Below are positions 1-12,249 of a stretch of 64,000 nt of DNA, piece by piece. Location of the stretch: contig OZ024746.1 of NCBI GenBank assembly GCA_964016885.1, positions 68,076,001 through 68,140,000 of the forward strand, written 5' to 3'. Below the pieces are notes generated by a model that was not told the origin of the DNA, made no database searches, and saw only the letters and a program-made list of their open reading frames with translations. Positions within the stretch are counted from its first letter, which is position 1, and every line of letters starts with the position of its first letter. Origin of the DNA: Eledone cirrhosa. Lineage: Eukaryota. The position numbers were made by a program, and so were the translations under genes.

Positions 1-1083
1 GGTTCTCAGCCCGCTCTTGTTCATTATAGTCCTCCAAGCCATAACAGAGGAGTTTAAGACTGGCTGTCCATGGGAACTTCTCTATGCTGACGATCTGGTT
101 CTTATAGCAGAATCAGTAGAGGAGCTAGAGAATGAATTCTGGCTATGGAAACAGCAGTTGGAAGCAAGAGGACTGAGAGTGAATCTAGCTAAGACAAAAG
201 TGTTGATGAGTAGAAAAGAGGACAAAACCCTGATTCCGTCAGGGAAATGGCCATGTGTGATATGCAGAAAAGGAACTGGCATAAATTCTATAAAATGCAC
301 ACAATGCAGATCCTGGGTACACAAGAGATGTAGCGGGATAGCAGGCAAATTAACAGGTAGGGAGAAATATGTATGCAGTAGATGTATAGGGAAATTAGAG
401 AGTAGAAGTCGCATAGATAGACACATTTTTCAAATGCAGGAGGGCGCTATAGAAGTGGTGGATAGCTTCCGGTACCTAGATCAGATTAGCATGGGAGGAG
501 GGTGTTCCGAGGCCATAGTATCTAGAATAAGGACGGGTTGGAAGAAGTTTAGGGAGCTGCTTCCTCTGTTGACGAAGAAGGGTTTCTCCCTGCGTACGAA
601 AGGCCGGTTGTTTGATGCCTGTGTGAGGAGCGCGATGCTGCATGGTAGTGAGTTATGGGCAGCAACTGCAGAGGATATGTGACGGCTGGAGAGAAATGAG
701 GCAAGCATGCTCCGTTGGATGTGCAGTGTAAATGTGCGTGAACGACCCAGCATAAATGTGTTGAGAGAGAAACTGTGTCTGAGAGGGATAGAATGTAGGG
801 TACGGGAGAGGAGACTGAGGTGGTATGGACATGTGATGTGCATGGAGGATGACCGATGGGTGAAGAAGTGCCAGGAATTGCCTGTTGAAGGAAGACGTGG
901 TAGAGGTAGACCACGAAAAACATGGGCGGAGGTGGTGAGAACAGACCTCAGATCATTGAAGCTCATGGTGGAGATGACGAGGGACCGTGACGAGTGGAGA
1001 GATGCTGTGCTGAATAAGACCTGTCCCACCCTTGCAAGCAGGGAAAAGCGGACGTAAAAGGATGATGATGATGATGATGATGA
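1..1083 (+). mobile_element. RTE-clade LINE family 1, 3' part (RT C-half, PHD-like finger, thumb); inactivated
   Basis: ORFs 17-682 and 707-1057 contain ELLYADDLVL, MLHGSE.W, RRLRWYGHV and RGRGRPRKTW. There is a CGA>TGA stop at ~680 and a 3-nt deletion relative to the 18765 copy. Ends in CCCACCCTTGCAAGCAGGGAAAAGCGGACGTAAAA+(GAT)n. Confidence 0.95.
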
Positions 1084-1451
1084 TATATATATATATATAT
1101 ATATATATGAGGGCAGAGAGAGATGAGGAGAGGAAGGAATTTTTTAATCAAGATATCAAAGGAAAGAAATACCTAACTCTTGCTGAAGTAAATTTGTTAC
1201 AATTGTTCAGTTTTACTGCTATCATTCTTATGAACTAATACTAATTATCCATAAATTTTGCCACCATAATAACTAGACACAGACATTATGATTAATATAT
1301 TTTTATGTTTTTTTTGTTTCAAATGCGTTTTTTATTTTATTTTTTCAGCTTGATGGAAGATTATATCAACAAAATATATTGCAGCTAGGTTTATTTTCTT
1401 TGCTTATAAATACAAATTGTTAAAAGTTAAGATATATAATTCTTCCTATGT

Positions 1452-1628
1452 TAGGCACAAGGCCAGCAATTACCCTGTGCATTACTGGTACTTTATTTTA
1501 TCGACGCCATAAGGATGAAAGGCAAAGTTAACCTCGGCGGGATTTGAACTCAGAATGGCAAGGGCCGTAACTCTATACGTCAAAGCATGGCGTCCGACCC
1601 TCTACCGATACTGCCAATCCACCACCCC
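1452..1628 (-). mobile_element. tRNA-headed SINE group A, near full length
   Basis: Minus strand shows an A-box-like TGGCAGTATCGG, a B-box GAGTTCAAATCC and the body GCCTTTCATCC..GTCGATAAAATAAAGTACCAG; about 10 related copies in the window. Confidence 0.85.
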
Positions 1629-1902
1629 AGTTAAGATATATAATAAAGAATAATATATCTTGCTGTGTTGCTAATTTTTATCAGGTTTACTCTTTAGCTG
1701 TCCACTTTTTGTTAAATCTATTTACTTCAAGAAAATACATGGCATTTATTATCATACTGTTTAAGGTTTCAATTTAAAATTAAGCATAAAATGTCAGTTA
1801 AATTTGTTTTTAAAATATATATGTCAATATATAATATTGCTCTTAATGACGTGTCAAGATTAGTCTTTACTACTCCCTTCTACACTTAATTTAGTTGACA
1901 TA

Positions 1903-2290
1903 ATCATCATTTTTGTTTATTTTTTCATGTTTGAATGGCTAGACCACTCAAATACACCATCTCCCTACTTGTTACATTCCTTTGTTTTCTCTATAACGAT
2001 GTTAAGCATCTCAAGATCATCTTTCACTAGCTCTGCCTATGTCTTCTCTAGTCTTCATCTTTCACAGCTTTCCTCCACTTGGATCTCCTGGTACTTCTCT
2101 TTCCAAATACCGTGCCCATAACATCCAATTACTCTTGTACTCAGTTTTTCATCTTATTTGGGCTTTGTTGTTCAGGCACTCTAACATCACATATCCTTTG
2201 GATCTTGCTCACTTTGTTTCATTCCAACCTTCACACAACCTTCATATTCAATGCCTAAGTCTCACTACCTTAAAACATTATACAATATAT
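1903..2290 (-). mobile_element. heavily decayed RTE-like 3' fragment
   Basis: Minus strand has remnants resembling W/C-YGH and RLEKT..ELVKDDL, plus a degenerate terminal motif with a TGA tail at ~1905. Confidence 0.45.
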
Positions 2291-4087
2291 ATAATCATCA
2301 TACTGCAGAGGCAGTAGCTCTCTTAACATTTTTAATTTAAATTCCAGGGTTGTTTTCTTTGATTTTATTGACCAGAGTCAGCCATTAAGATAACATTTTG
2401 TTTTGTTTTTTTTCCTTCACCACAAGTAAAATTTTAATTAATTAAAATTTCTTGACTCATTACATTATGTTTGTTAGTGCCTACTATCCTATGATGTTTA
2501 TTTTAGTTACACAATGACAGGGTGGCATTCCCACTGATAAAAGATATTTTCAGATTTTTTCATATTTACTTGATTAGGTTTTTTACCAGATAGTTGATTC
2601 AACAATTAAAACAGTCAGGATATTTGTATAACATGAAGAAAACGATTTAAAAGCTTTCTGAAAGCTGCACTGTTTAGCTGAAATGAAAGGGTTTGTGGTT
2701 GAAGTAATGAGGATGTCTTCCAACAAAGCTATGTGCATTAAACTTCAATATTTATTTTCCTGTTAGATTTCCGACAGAAATCTAAAAATAGTATTTTATA
2801 TAATTTCTTTTGCAGATCTTCTTTCTTAGAAGAACTCATCACTTTTCATATTTCATGAAAAATAGTTTTCTATTTGAATGTCATCGGAAACATTAGAACA
2901 CCTGACATTAGTAGTAAGATCAATTGATTCAATATAACTTCCAGAGCAGCTGTAGTTTTCTTTTAAGTGAATAGTTAGAATATTCTTTGACATTTGTAAA
3001 AACTAGAAATGGTTTCTAAACTAATTCAAAGGCATTCTGAATAAGTGTCAAGAGATGAAGCTGGGGTGGATCATAAAGGACCACCATTGGTTAGTTTAGG
3101 TCATGTGATGTTGTTGAATGATCAATGATCAGCAACATTTTTTCTTGGTTGCTGGCCATATAAAGAGTCAGAAACTCGAATGGAGCCAATGAGTCTGATG
3201 AACAAATACAATATATGAACAACATCAGATAGTAGATAGTTGTTTTGTAGCAACAGTTTCAGTATCTGATGTCATAGTGAGATTTATATATCTGTCCATT
3301 TGCTATACATGTATATGCTGGTTCAAGAATCAGGGCTGTCCACATTGCACATAAACTAAGTAGAGTTAAGTTGGTTTTGTGTGGATATTAAGAGTCAACA
3401 GCCTGACAATAGTTAACAGGCTGGTAGCAACACATTATGATTGTGACTTTTTAATGTATACTACTGGTTGCTGCAATATGTGCAATCTTACCATAGAGGC
3501 AAAGTTGGCAGTTGCAAGCTTAGGATGGCCAGTGTAAAGATGGGAGTATTATTTGTTTGGTCCCAGAATTTTCAGTAAACTGGGACAGGGAGCTGAAATT
3601 TTCCTTGTTCTTACACCTGAAAGAATGAATATACCTATTGAAGCTACCTTTTAAATCATTATCTGCAAGGCCCAAATATGTGCAGCATGGAAAGCCCTAA
3701 ACCTTGAACCAACATATACATGTTTACCGAAAGCATGGCTATATACATTCCACTGCAACACCAGACAGGGAATGCTACTGTAAAACAGTTATCTACTGCC
3801 TGATGTTGCAAGTGCAATGACTATGGATGAACATCTGAGCCACACAAAACTACAGTTACTGCACATTTTGCCTTTAATTTTATATGCCATACATCTAGAT
3901 TTACATTCTTCCATACATCATGTAGCTGGACATTAACTGTGTTTCAGAATTTTTCCAAACTAATCAGTTAGCTAAAATTGTTTCAACATTTAAAAGCTGA
4001 AACTTGCGGACCAATGATCAGATCTTGGCTCTGTAATTACCTGGGAATTTCTTAGTTTTAATTGATGTTTCATAAGGTCTGAGGTAA

Positions 4088-4104
4088 CAGTGGCTAAAAT
4101 AGAA

Positions 4105-4166
<62 letters not shown>
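4088..4166. repeat. (GA)n microsatellite
   Basis: Pure GA run. Confidence 0.95.
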
Positions 4167-4168
<2 letters not shown>

Positions 4169-4960
4169 GAATAGAGCAAATCCTAAAATATCAGACCTTA
4201 ATGATTATACTAGGATGATAAAACTATACAATTGATAGCAATGATGATAGAAAAGAAACCAGTGAAAGAGGAATTGGTAAAGAGAAGGAAAGACTGCAAT
4301 TTAAAATCGTCTTTTGCTTGGATGAGATAATGCAGTTGTATATAAAAGTTTTAATATAGAATTTATTTAAAGCATTTCACCACAGTATTGCTGCTAAAAC
4401 AAGACATATTATAAAGCACACAAAATTCTATGGAAATGTTTAGTGATGCATGTAGAAAACCAAAATCTCCAAAGCAATGGTATTCAGAATGAGAACTGAA
4501 ATGATCATTGGAACAACTGCAGATACAACTGCTGAAATAACCATAGTAATATCCACAGAAATAAATAACAAAAATGTCCAAACAAATATATAGAGAAGAT
4601 TGACTAATTTAGATCTGATAGAGGAAACTATCATGGTTTTTTTATATAGAATTAATAGCCTATAGACAAATACATTCACAATTCTCCGAAACTGCAGCAC
4701 TGATTACATGATTTTCAATTTTTTGCAATGCAACAGTAATCTTCTTAACTAGTTCCCTTAACTGAGTTAAATCCTATTATATACATAACTGATTTTGGTT
4801 TTAATGGTAGAATGGAGTTTTCCAGAAGGAAGAGAGTATAGAATGTTGTGCGTTTGCTTCTAAAGTACAAGAACTCACAGAATTTAAATTAAATACATAA
4901 TACATTGCAAATAAAGATGATCAAAATGCATATATATTATATACATATATATATATATAA

Positions 4961-5151
4961 CAAAGAGGGTGTAGTAAAATACCAAATGGACCATAATGCA
5001 CCAGAGTACTCAATACTTAGGGTAGAAAAGTGGGTAATAGGAAAAGAGTCAGGACCCCGACAACTGAGCTCCGGCTGTTTCGACAGCTAGATCAGAACTC
5101 TAGCTAGATCCAGCTCTAGAAAGAGCCGGAGCTCAGCCGTCGGGGTCCCGA

Positions 5152-5160
<9 letters not shown>
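4961..5160 (-). mobile_element. fold-back element with tail (family shared with 47052-47206), Penelope-terminus-like
   Basis: Inverted arms 5043-5076 / 5124-5157. The tail ACCAGAGTACTC.ATACTT.GGGTAG..AGTGGGTAATA is shared with the 47 kb copy. Flanked by (TA)n and (TC)n(TA)n. Confidence 0.7.
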
Positions 5161-5197
<37 letters not shown>

Positions 5198-5584
5198 TTG
5201 TGTGCGTGTGTGTGTGTGTGTGTGTGCATACACACACAAACATACACATCACCTTCCCACCTGTTGTTCTTCACACCACCACACTTCCCCCTCCTACATC
5301 AACAATCCCGATCCCCAACCCCCCAAGAAAATTAAGATTATGATCCAGAGAGCAGATTAAAAACAACTGCACGGAGTAGGCATGGGCTACATAAGGCGTA
5401 GTGAGGGCAACCCATCTGGGAGGGCAGTAACTCCAATTAAAGAATACTGCATGGGGTTGACATGGACCCTGTACGTTATAGTGAAGGTAACCTGTCTAGA
5501 AGAGCAGACACTTCAAAAAAAAAAAAGTAACACAGGCTGGAGTGACAATTGAGTCCAGTAAGACAACCTCTCATGGTGGCATGA

Positions 5585-5742
5585 TTAATATACCCAGTCC
5601 ACACTGTAAGGTGGTTGGTGATAGAAAGGGCATCTACCCAGAAAGAACCTTTCAAAAAAACGTGATCATCATCATTATGATTGTCCAACCCATGGAAGCA
5701 TGGAAAAGCAGACGTAAAAACGGTGATGAGGATGATGATGAT
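5585..5742 (+). mobile_element. RTE-tail SINE/3'UTR fragment
   Basis: CCCAGTCCACACTGTAA..GGTTGGTG..AAGGGCATC..CCAACCCATGGAAGCATGGAAAAGCAGACGTAAAA+(GAT)n. Confidence 0.7.
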
Positions 5743-5800
5743 ATGTATATACACAAACATACATATATACATATATATGTGTGTGTATATATATATATAT

Positions 5801-7524
5801 ATCATCATCATCATCATCATCAACGTTTAACGTCCGTGTTCCACGCTTGCATGGGTTTGGACGGGGGTAGTCCCACTTGAGGCAAGAGTGATTGTCTTGC
5901 TCGCATAGGACTGTCTGGCAGGTTTTCTACAGTTGGATGCCCTTCCTAACACCAACCACATTTACAGTGTGGGTCTGGGAGGTTTTTACCGTGTTGCCTA
6001 CACGGCCACATTACAGCGTGGACTGTGTGTTTTTTGTCGTGACACCTACACGATCTCATTTGTTTCGGCCTCGATGGCGCGGCACCAACATAACTTTACA
6101 TAGAACGGGGTGGTGTGGATCGGGTGGGGGTGGTGGTGGTGGGACGGGGTGTATTTTGTTAGAGATGCCTACTGGCTGGAGTAGGTTTTACTATATATTT
6201 AGGTAAGGCGGGTCTTCTCTGTTACTGAGTACCGCCAAAGGTCTCGGTCCAGTGACATTGTCTTGGAGAGGTGTAAGTGTGTGATGTCGGAGTTTATCAG
6301 CTCGTCCCAGGTTTTTCTAGGTCTGCCTATTCCGTGACTACCGTCTATCTTTATTGCCCTGCACTTTGTTATACAGCTATCGACTTTCATGCGCATCACG
6401 TGTCCATACCAACGTAGCCTTCTCTCGAGTAAACAACATCTGATCCCTCTTATCTCTAATTTTTTCCTTAGTTCGTTTATGCTTTGCCGTTCACGTATAT
6501 TACTGTTACACATCCAGCGGAGCATGCAAGCTTCGTTCCTCTATAGTCTGCGTATATCCTCTGCACACAATGCCCAGGTCTCACTGCCATGCAGCATTGC
6601 TGTTCGTATGCAGGCATCGTACAACCTGCCTTTCATTTTTAGTGAGAACCCTTTAGCAGCTAATAGTGGTATAAGCTCTCTGAACTTTTTCCAACCAGTT
6701 CTGACTCTAGCTACAGTACTTTCAGAGCACCCTCCCCCACTGCTGATTTTATCGCCCAGGTAACGGAAGCTGTCCACTATTTCTATAGAACCCTCTGCGC
6801 AATTGAAAGAGCTAGTAGTTTGTGGGCACTTGCTGCTACTTATTGCACCAGAGCACCGGCCACATGTAAAATCTATGTTCTTAGTTAGCTTACCTGTGAT
6901 CCCACTACATCTTTTATGCACCCATACTTTGCATTTAGGACATAAAATGGAGTTTCTACCTACGCCTTTCCTACACACCGAGCACGACCATTTCCCAGAA
7001 GGGACCGCCGCCTTGTTTTCTTTCCTACAAACTAGTACTTTGGTCTTAGCCAGGTTAATTTTAAGTCCTTTTGACTCTAGGCCGTGCTTCCATGTTTGGA
7101 ATTTCTTCTCTAGCTCGGCCATTGATTCCGCTATGAGTGTCAGGTCGTCTGCGTATAGGAGTTCCCACGGGCAGCCTGTCTTGAACTCCTCTGTTATAGC
7201 CTGAAGGGCAATAATAAATAGTAGTGGACTGAGAACAGAGCCCTGATGGACGCCAACTTTTACGCTAAACTCTTCACTATATTCGTTGTTAATTCTAACC
7301 TTGCTGACTGTTTCTTTATACATGGCTTGTATAGCCCTCACAAGCCATTCGTCAACGCCTAGTTTTCTAAGAGCCCACCAGATAATGGAGCGGGGGACTC
7401 TGTCGAAGGCTTTCTCCAAGTCGACAAAAGCTAAGTAGAGGGGTTTACCTTTAGCTAGGTACTTCTCCTGTAGTTGTCGTACTATGAAAAGAGCGTCTGT
7501 GGTACTTTTGCCTGACACAAACCC
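5801..7524 (-). mobile_element. RTE-clade LINE family 2, 5'-truncated (RT, PHD-like finger, ~400-nt 3'UTR)
   Basis: ORF 6541-7524 has GFVSGKSTTDA, FVDLEKAFDRV, GVHQGSVLSPLLF and YADD. A single GAG>TAG stop at 6541 is followed by ORF 6199-6525. The 3'UTR ends in the terminal hairpin and (GAT)n. Confidence 0.95.
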
Positions 7525-7537
7525 GATATATATATAT

Positions 7538-7738
7538 ATAGTATAAGAATAAAGGAACAAAGAGTCAGTGTTGCATCATAACATATTTAATAACATATTA
7601 CATATTATTAAATATATTATGATGCAACAATGACTCTTTGTTCCTTTATTCTTATACTATTATACTCTGCTCTGCACGAGCATCGAGTACTCACCCGGCA
7701 TACTGCCTATGGACGCATTCATCTTGCACCTATACACC

Positions 7739-7740
<2 letters not shown>
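7538..7740 (+). mobile_element. fold-back element with tail between (TA)n tracts
   Basis: 56-bp inverted arms 7538-7593 / 7605-7660, then an 80-nt unique tail into (TA)n. Confidence 0.75.
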
Positions 7741-7785
<45 letters not shown>

Positions 7786-7787
7786 GT

Positions 7788-7893
7788 GGGCTTATGCCCG
7801 AAACGTCCCCGTCCCCCCACTCAAGCATGAAACTAAATACCATATCATTTGTACTGCCTCTCTGCTTTTTGATCGCTGTTCATTTATTCAACT
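7788..7893 (+). ncRNA. 5'-truncated hammerhead ribozyme (stem II-GAAA-stem III-GUC) plus tail
   Basis: GGGC-TTAT-GCCC GAAA CG-TCCC-CG TC. The CUGAnGA half is missing and replaced by (TA)n; the tail ends in (TA)n. Confidence 0.55.
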
Positions 7894-7916
7894 ATATATA
7901 TATATATATATATGTG

Positions 7917-7974
<58 letters not shown>

Positions 7975-7975
7975 T

Positions 7976-8054
<79 letters not shown>

Positions 8055-8059
<5 letters not shown>

Positions 8060-8692
8060 GAAAGGTATAGAAAACATTGTAGCAAAAAGCCAACAGTATT
8101 CCATAATATATAAGTGACTATAGCGACAAAATGGGAAAAATAGTTAACGTAAGATGTGGGAAAAATAATTCAAACTCAAGCCAAAGAGAATCAGGATATA
8201 GATTCATCCACAGAATTTAGTGAAATCCAGGGAAAAATCAATAGAGCCTTAACTCATGATAAAATAAAGTTTAAAATACTCATCCTTCAATTTGGAAAAA
8301 AAACTTCAAATGCTCTGTATAGTCTTAAAGACTATTTCACGAAAACTTTCAGTGGAGATGGTCACGGTTGGAATTCTATCCTCAGCAGAGCTCAACTCGA
8401 TAACCAAAATTTCTCACTGATTAATATGCCAAAAAGGGAATTTAAAATAGGCTAGTTCACCATCATGCATGATTATGAAAAATAAAACCCACATGTGGAA
8501 AGTCAGGGCTGGTGACGTCAGAATGAGACGAATGTTTGTATACAAAAAACAACAGTCAAAAAGATTCCGAAAAAAACTCTACAATAAGGAGTTCAGCAAA
8601 AAGCAATATTATCGCGTTTTTTTTATTAAAAAATACCGGGATTAGCCACAAATAATTTAAGCACTCTAGGAAAGAAATCCGAGTATAAGTAC
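8055..8692 (-). mobile_element. Penelope-terminal-repeat-like non-coding element in (TA)n
   Basis: ~640 bp of unique sequence bounded by (TA)n, containing a hammerhead at 8312-8391. Confidence 0.55.
8312..8391 (-). ncRNA. type I hammerhead ribozyme (imperfect stem II)
   Basis: Minus strand: GCTCTG CTGAGGA ... GAAA TAGTCT-TTA-AGACTA TA CAGAGC. Stem I is 6 bp and stem III 7 bp, both perfect; cleavage triplet AUA. Confidence 0.75.
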
Positions 8693-8855
8693 TATATATA
8701 CATACATCATCATCACCATCATTTAACGTCTATCTTCCATGTACATATACACACACACACATATATATATATATATCATCATTATCATCACCGTTTTACG
8801 TCCGTTCTTCCACGCTAGCATGGGTTAGACGGGATATATATATATATATATATAT

Positions 8856-9266
8856 GGAGGCACATGGCTTAGTGGTTAGAGCTTGCAATCGAAAGTGGTT
8901 GGGCTTGCAATCGAAAGGTTGTGAGTTCAATTCTCAGACCAGGTGATGTGTTGTTTCCTTGAGCAAGACACTTTATTTCCCATTGCTCCAGTTTACTCAG
9001 CTGTAGAAATGAGATGATAGGACTGGGGTCGCTATCATTCCACTGCAAAGTGGTTGTGGAGGTGCCACGGCTAAAAAAAAAGCACCCAGCCCACACTGTA
9101 AAGTGGATGTGTAGGCGCGCGCCATGGAAAAAAGCACCCAGCACTCACTGTAAATGAGGTTGGTGTTAGGAAGGGCATCCAGCTGTAGAAATCAAGCCAG
9201 AATCAGTTCCCGTCCCACCCTTGCAAGCAGGGAAAAGCGGACGTAAAATGATGATGATTACGATGA
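8856..9266 (+). mobile_element. full-length tRNA/CORE SINE (group B) with RTE-derived tail
   Basis: A-box TGGCTTAGTGG, B-box GAGTTCAATTC, CORE-like TCCTTGAGCAAGACACTT..CCAGTTTACTCAGCTG, then a module shared with the RTE family 3 3'UTR and a terminus identical to RTE family 1. Confidence 0.85.
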
Positions 9267-9699
9267 TATATATATATATAGAGAGAGAAAGAGATATGTA
9301 TAATCCCAACCACGGCACCATATATGTGAAGTAGGAGTGTTATGGTCTTGTCATCATAGTATCCCACGAGTGAGAAAGAACTCAGTGTTAAAACCATTCT
9401 CTAAACTTCTTCAGAAAAGAAAATCTGGTTATGAAACTTGGGAAATACAGCACCCCTATCTCCCACAACACACATATTACTCTATTAAGTATTCCAGCCG
9501 ATGGGCTGAGGTCATGCTGGGGGCACCTCATGTATGTGTGTGTGTTTATATATATATATATATATAGTATTCATAAATTTGACATAGTTATACACCACCA
9601 TATATCATCATCATCATCATCTTTTAGTATGAAAAGTGGACGTTAAACAATGATGATGATATATGGTGATATATGATATATAACTGCAAATACAATCCC

Positions 9700-10037
9700 C
9701 CCCCCATCTCACTACCCCTACTCCACCACCTCTTTCTCTGTAAAGTTATGTTGGTACCACAACATCCAGTCCTAAATAAATGAGGTCGTGTAGGTGTCAC
9801 GACAAAAAAAAAAAAAAAACACACAGTCCACGTTGTAATGTGGTCGTGTAGGTAACACGGTAAAAACCTCCCAGTCCACACTGTAAACGTGGTTGGTGTT
9901 AGGCAGGGCATCCAGCCGTAGAAAACCTGCCAGACAGTCCTATACGATCGAGACAACCAATATTGCCTCAATCGGGACAATTCCCATCTGAACCCATGCT
10001 AGTGTGGAAGATAGACGTTAAATGATGATGATGATGA
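9700..10037 (+). mobile_element. 3'UTR fragment of RTE family 2 type
   Basis: Colinear with the reverse complement of 5801-6150; ends in CCCATGCTAGTGTGGAAGATAGACGTTAAA(TGA)n. Confidence 0.8.
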
Positions 10038-10614
10038 AGTGTGTAAAATTTATGAATATTGTAGAAAGATTTACAGAAAAATGATGTGAAGAACAATTAT
10101 TTTCTAATAACTGACCAGTTGTTATGAGTATTTTATAAGCAAGAAGGAAACAGTCTCTTGGATGCTATCTAACTTATGTATCAGATTACAAAACCATCAT
10201 AATGGTCGATGTTTCTCTTTGGAATTGATGAGAAAATGGATATCGCCAAAGTGTCTGTGAAACATCAGTTTCTTCAATGGATAAAATGAATAATAGAATG
10301 TATGTTGAATGTAAGTTTCTACTGGTTATTAATATATGAATGGATTTAGAAATATGGCTGAAACAAAATAAGAAAGTATCTATTGATTTTGTTTTTCTTC
10401 TCAACTATTTACTTTCATTAATTCTGTTCTAATTGCTAGCTAAACAACAAAGTTGTCTACTTCTTTTTCAGTCAGATGGACTCAATTAAAAAGCAAATAA
10501 ATATTTGCTTTCATTTCTTATTTATTTATTTATCTATTTATTTTATTGTTCTTCATTCGTCTTGTGAAGCAAATATGTTTACTTTTTCTGTTTAAGATTT
10601 TGTTTAATATCACA

Positions 10615-10649
10615 GCTCTCTCTCTCTCTCTTTGTCCCCCTCTTTCTCT

Positions 10650-10680
<31 letters not shown>

Positions 10681-10749
10681 ACACACATATATATATATAT
10701 ATATATACATATATATACATACATATATATATATTTATATATACACACA

Positions 10750-10796
<47 letters not shown>

Positions 10797-11162
10797 ATAT
10801 ACATATATATATATACACACACATACATATACATATATACACACATATACATATATATACACACACACACACATATACATATATATATATACACACACAC
10901 ACATACATATACATATATATATATACACACACATATACATAAATATATATACACACACACACACATATACATATATATATATATATACACACACACACAT
11001 ATACATATACACACACACATATACATACACACACACACACACATACATATACACATATACATATACACAAACATATACATACACACACACACATATATAT
11101 ACACACACACACATACATATACACACACATATATATATATATATACATATATATATGTATAT
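10615..11162. repeat. compound (TC)/(TA)/(CA) microsatellite
   Basis: Interleaved TA and CA runs; source of spurious YI/HT/CV ORFs. Confidence 0.95.
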
Positions 11163-11165
11163 AGT

Positions 11166-11451
11166 GAAGGCGCATGGTTTAGTGGTTAGAGCAGTAGGCT
11201 TGCAATCGAAAGGTTGTGAGTTCAATTCTCGGACCGGGCGATGTGTTGTTTCCTTGAGCAAGACACTTTATTTCACGTTGCTCCAGTTTACTCAGCTGAA
11301 AATGAGTACCAGCAATAGCTGGAGGTTTAACCCTGCGATGGACTCGTGTCCTGTCCAGGGGGGAGTCTTGTACTCTCAGTCGCTTCACGCCATGAAACCA
11401 GGATAAGCACCGGCCAAATGAGCCTTCTGGCTTAAGACAGACTTTAGACTT
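11166..11451 (+). mobile_element. tRNA/CORE SINE with alternative tail ending in a GACTTTA repeat
   Basis: Same head and CORE as 8856, but a different 3' half (CCCTGCGATGGAC..GAAACCAGGATAAGCACCGGCC..GACTTTAGACTT). Confidence 0.85.
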
Positions 11452-11457
11452 ATATAT

Positions 11458-11903
11458 ACTAGACCTGAAAAATACGCAAGTTCAAAAGAGCCACAGAATG
11501 TTATAATAAATCTTCAAAAGTGTGGGACTAGAGTTGTTGCTCAAAAATATTGTAATCATTATCTATTGTACACTCTGTGGCATCCTTTTATAAAAAAGAG
11601 ACTCATAACGAACTCAAGACGACGCAATAATTATTTAAGCTAATGTTCAATATCTCATATTAGATATTTAGTAATGATTAATACGAACTGCACTTAAACC
11701 GAATTCTATATTATAAATTCACTTAAATAATTATCATGTCGTCTTGAGTTCGTTACGAGTCTCTTTTTTATAAAAGGATGCCACAGAGTGTACGATAGAT
11801 AATGATTACAATATTTTTGAGCAACAACTCTAGTCCCACACTTTTGAAGATTTACTATAACATTCTGTGGCTCTTTTGAGCTTGCACATTTTTCAGGTCT
11901 AGT
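11458..11903. repeat. long inverted repeat (182-bp arms, 82-bp spacer)
   Basis: 11458-11639 is the reverse complement of 11722-11903 with few, mostly transition, mismatches; the left end abuts (TA)n. Confidence 0.95.
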
Positions 11904-12249
11904 TTAATATTTTTTTAAGGCAACTCTAGATAACCTTGATATATATTAATAATAAATTATCGTTGTAATGTAATTAGATAACAATCAATATTAAATAAAT
12001 ATATTTTACATAATAATTGTTATAGTTGAATTAATAAAAATTAAATATTACAGACAAATAGTCTAACATAATAATAAAAAAATAATCTAACATAATAATA
12101 AAAAAATAATCTAACATAAAACGAACAATAATATGGACAAATATACAAGTAAATATGATACAACCAATATTATAAGCATGTTATAACGAACTGTAAAACA
12201 ATATTTAATATAAATTTAAAAAATCATATATAAATTAACAATATAACTT

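Noticed and set aside
481-1029. Antisense ORFs over RTE copies (also 19181-19789, 6389-7204, 44171-44656, 46379-47134)
   Set aside because: Shadow frames of the LINE ORF with no independent protein signature.
3030-3960. Possible decayed transposon coding sequence
   Set aside because: Only a stray HTGHP-like fragment on the minus strand; no continuous motif.
8856-8945. tRNA genes at SINE heads
   Set aside because: A/B boxes continue into SINE bodies present in many copies; no clean cloverleaf.
10530-11406. Long ORFs of 146-286 aa (also 7709-8113, 45122-45439, 63412-63960)
   Set aside because: Translations of TA/CA microsatellites, open in several frames.
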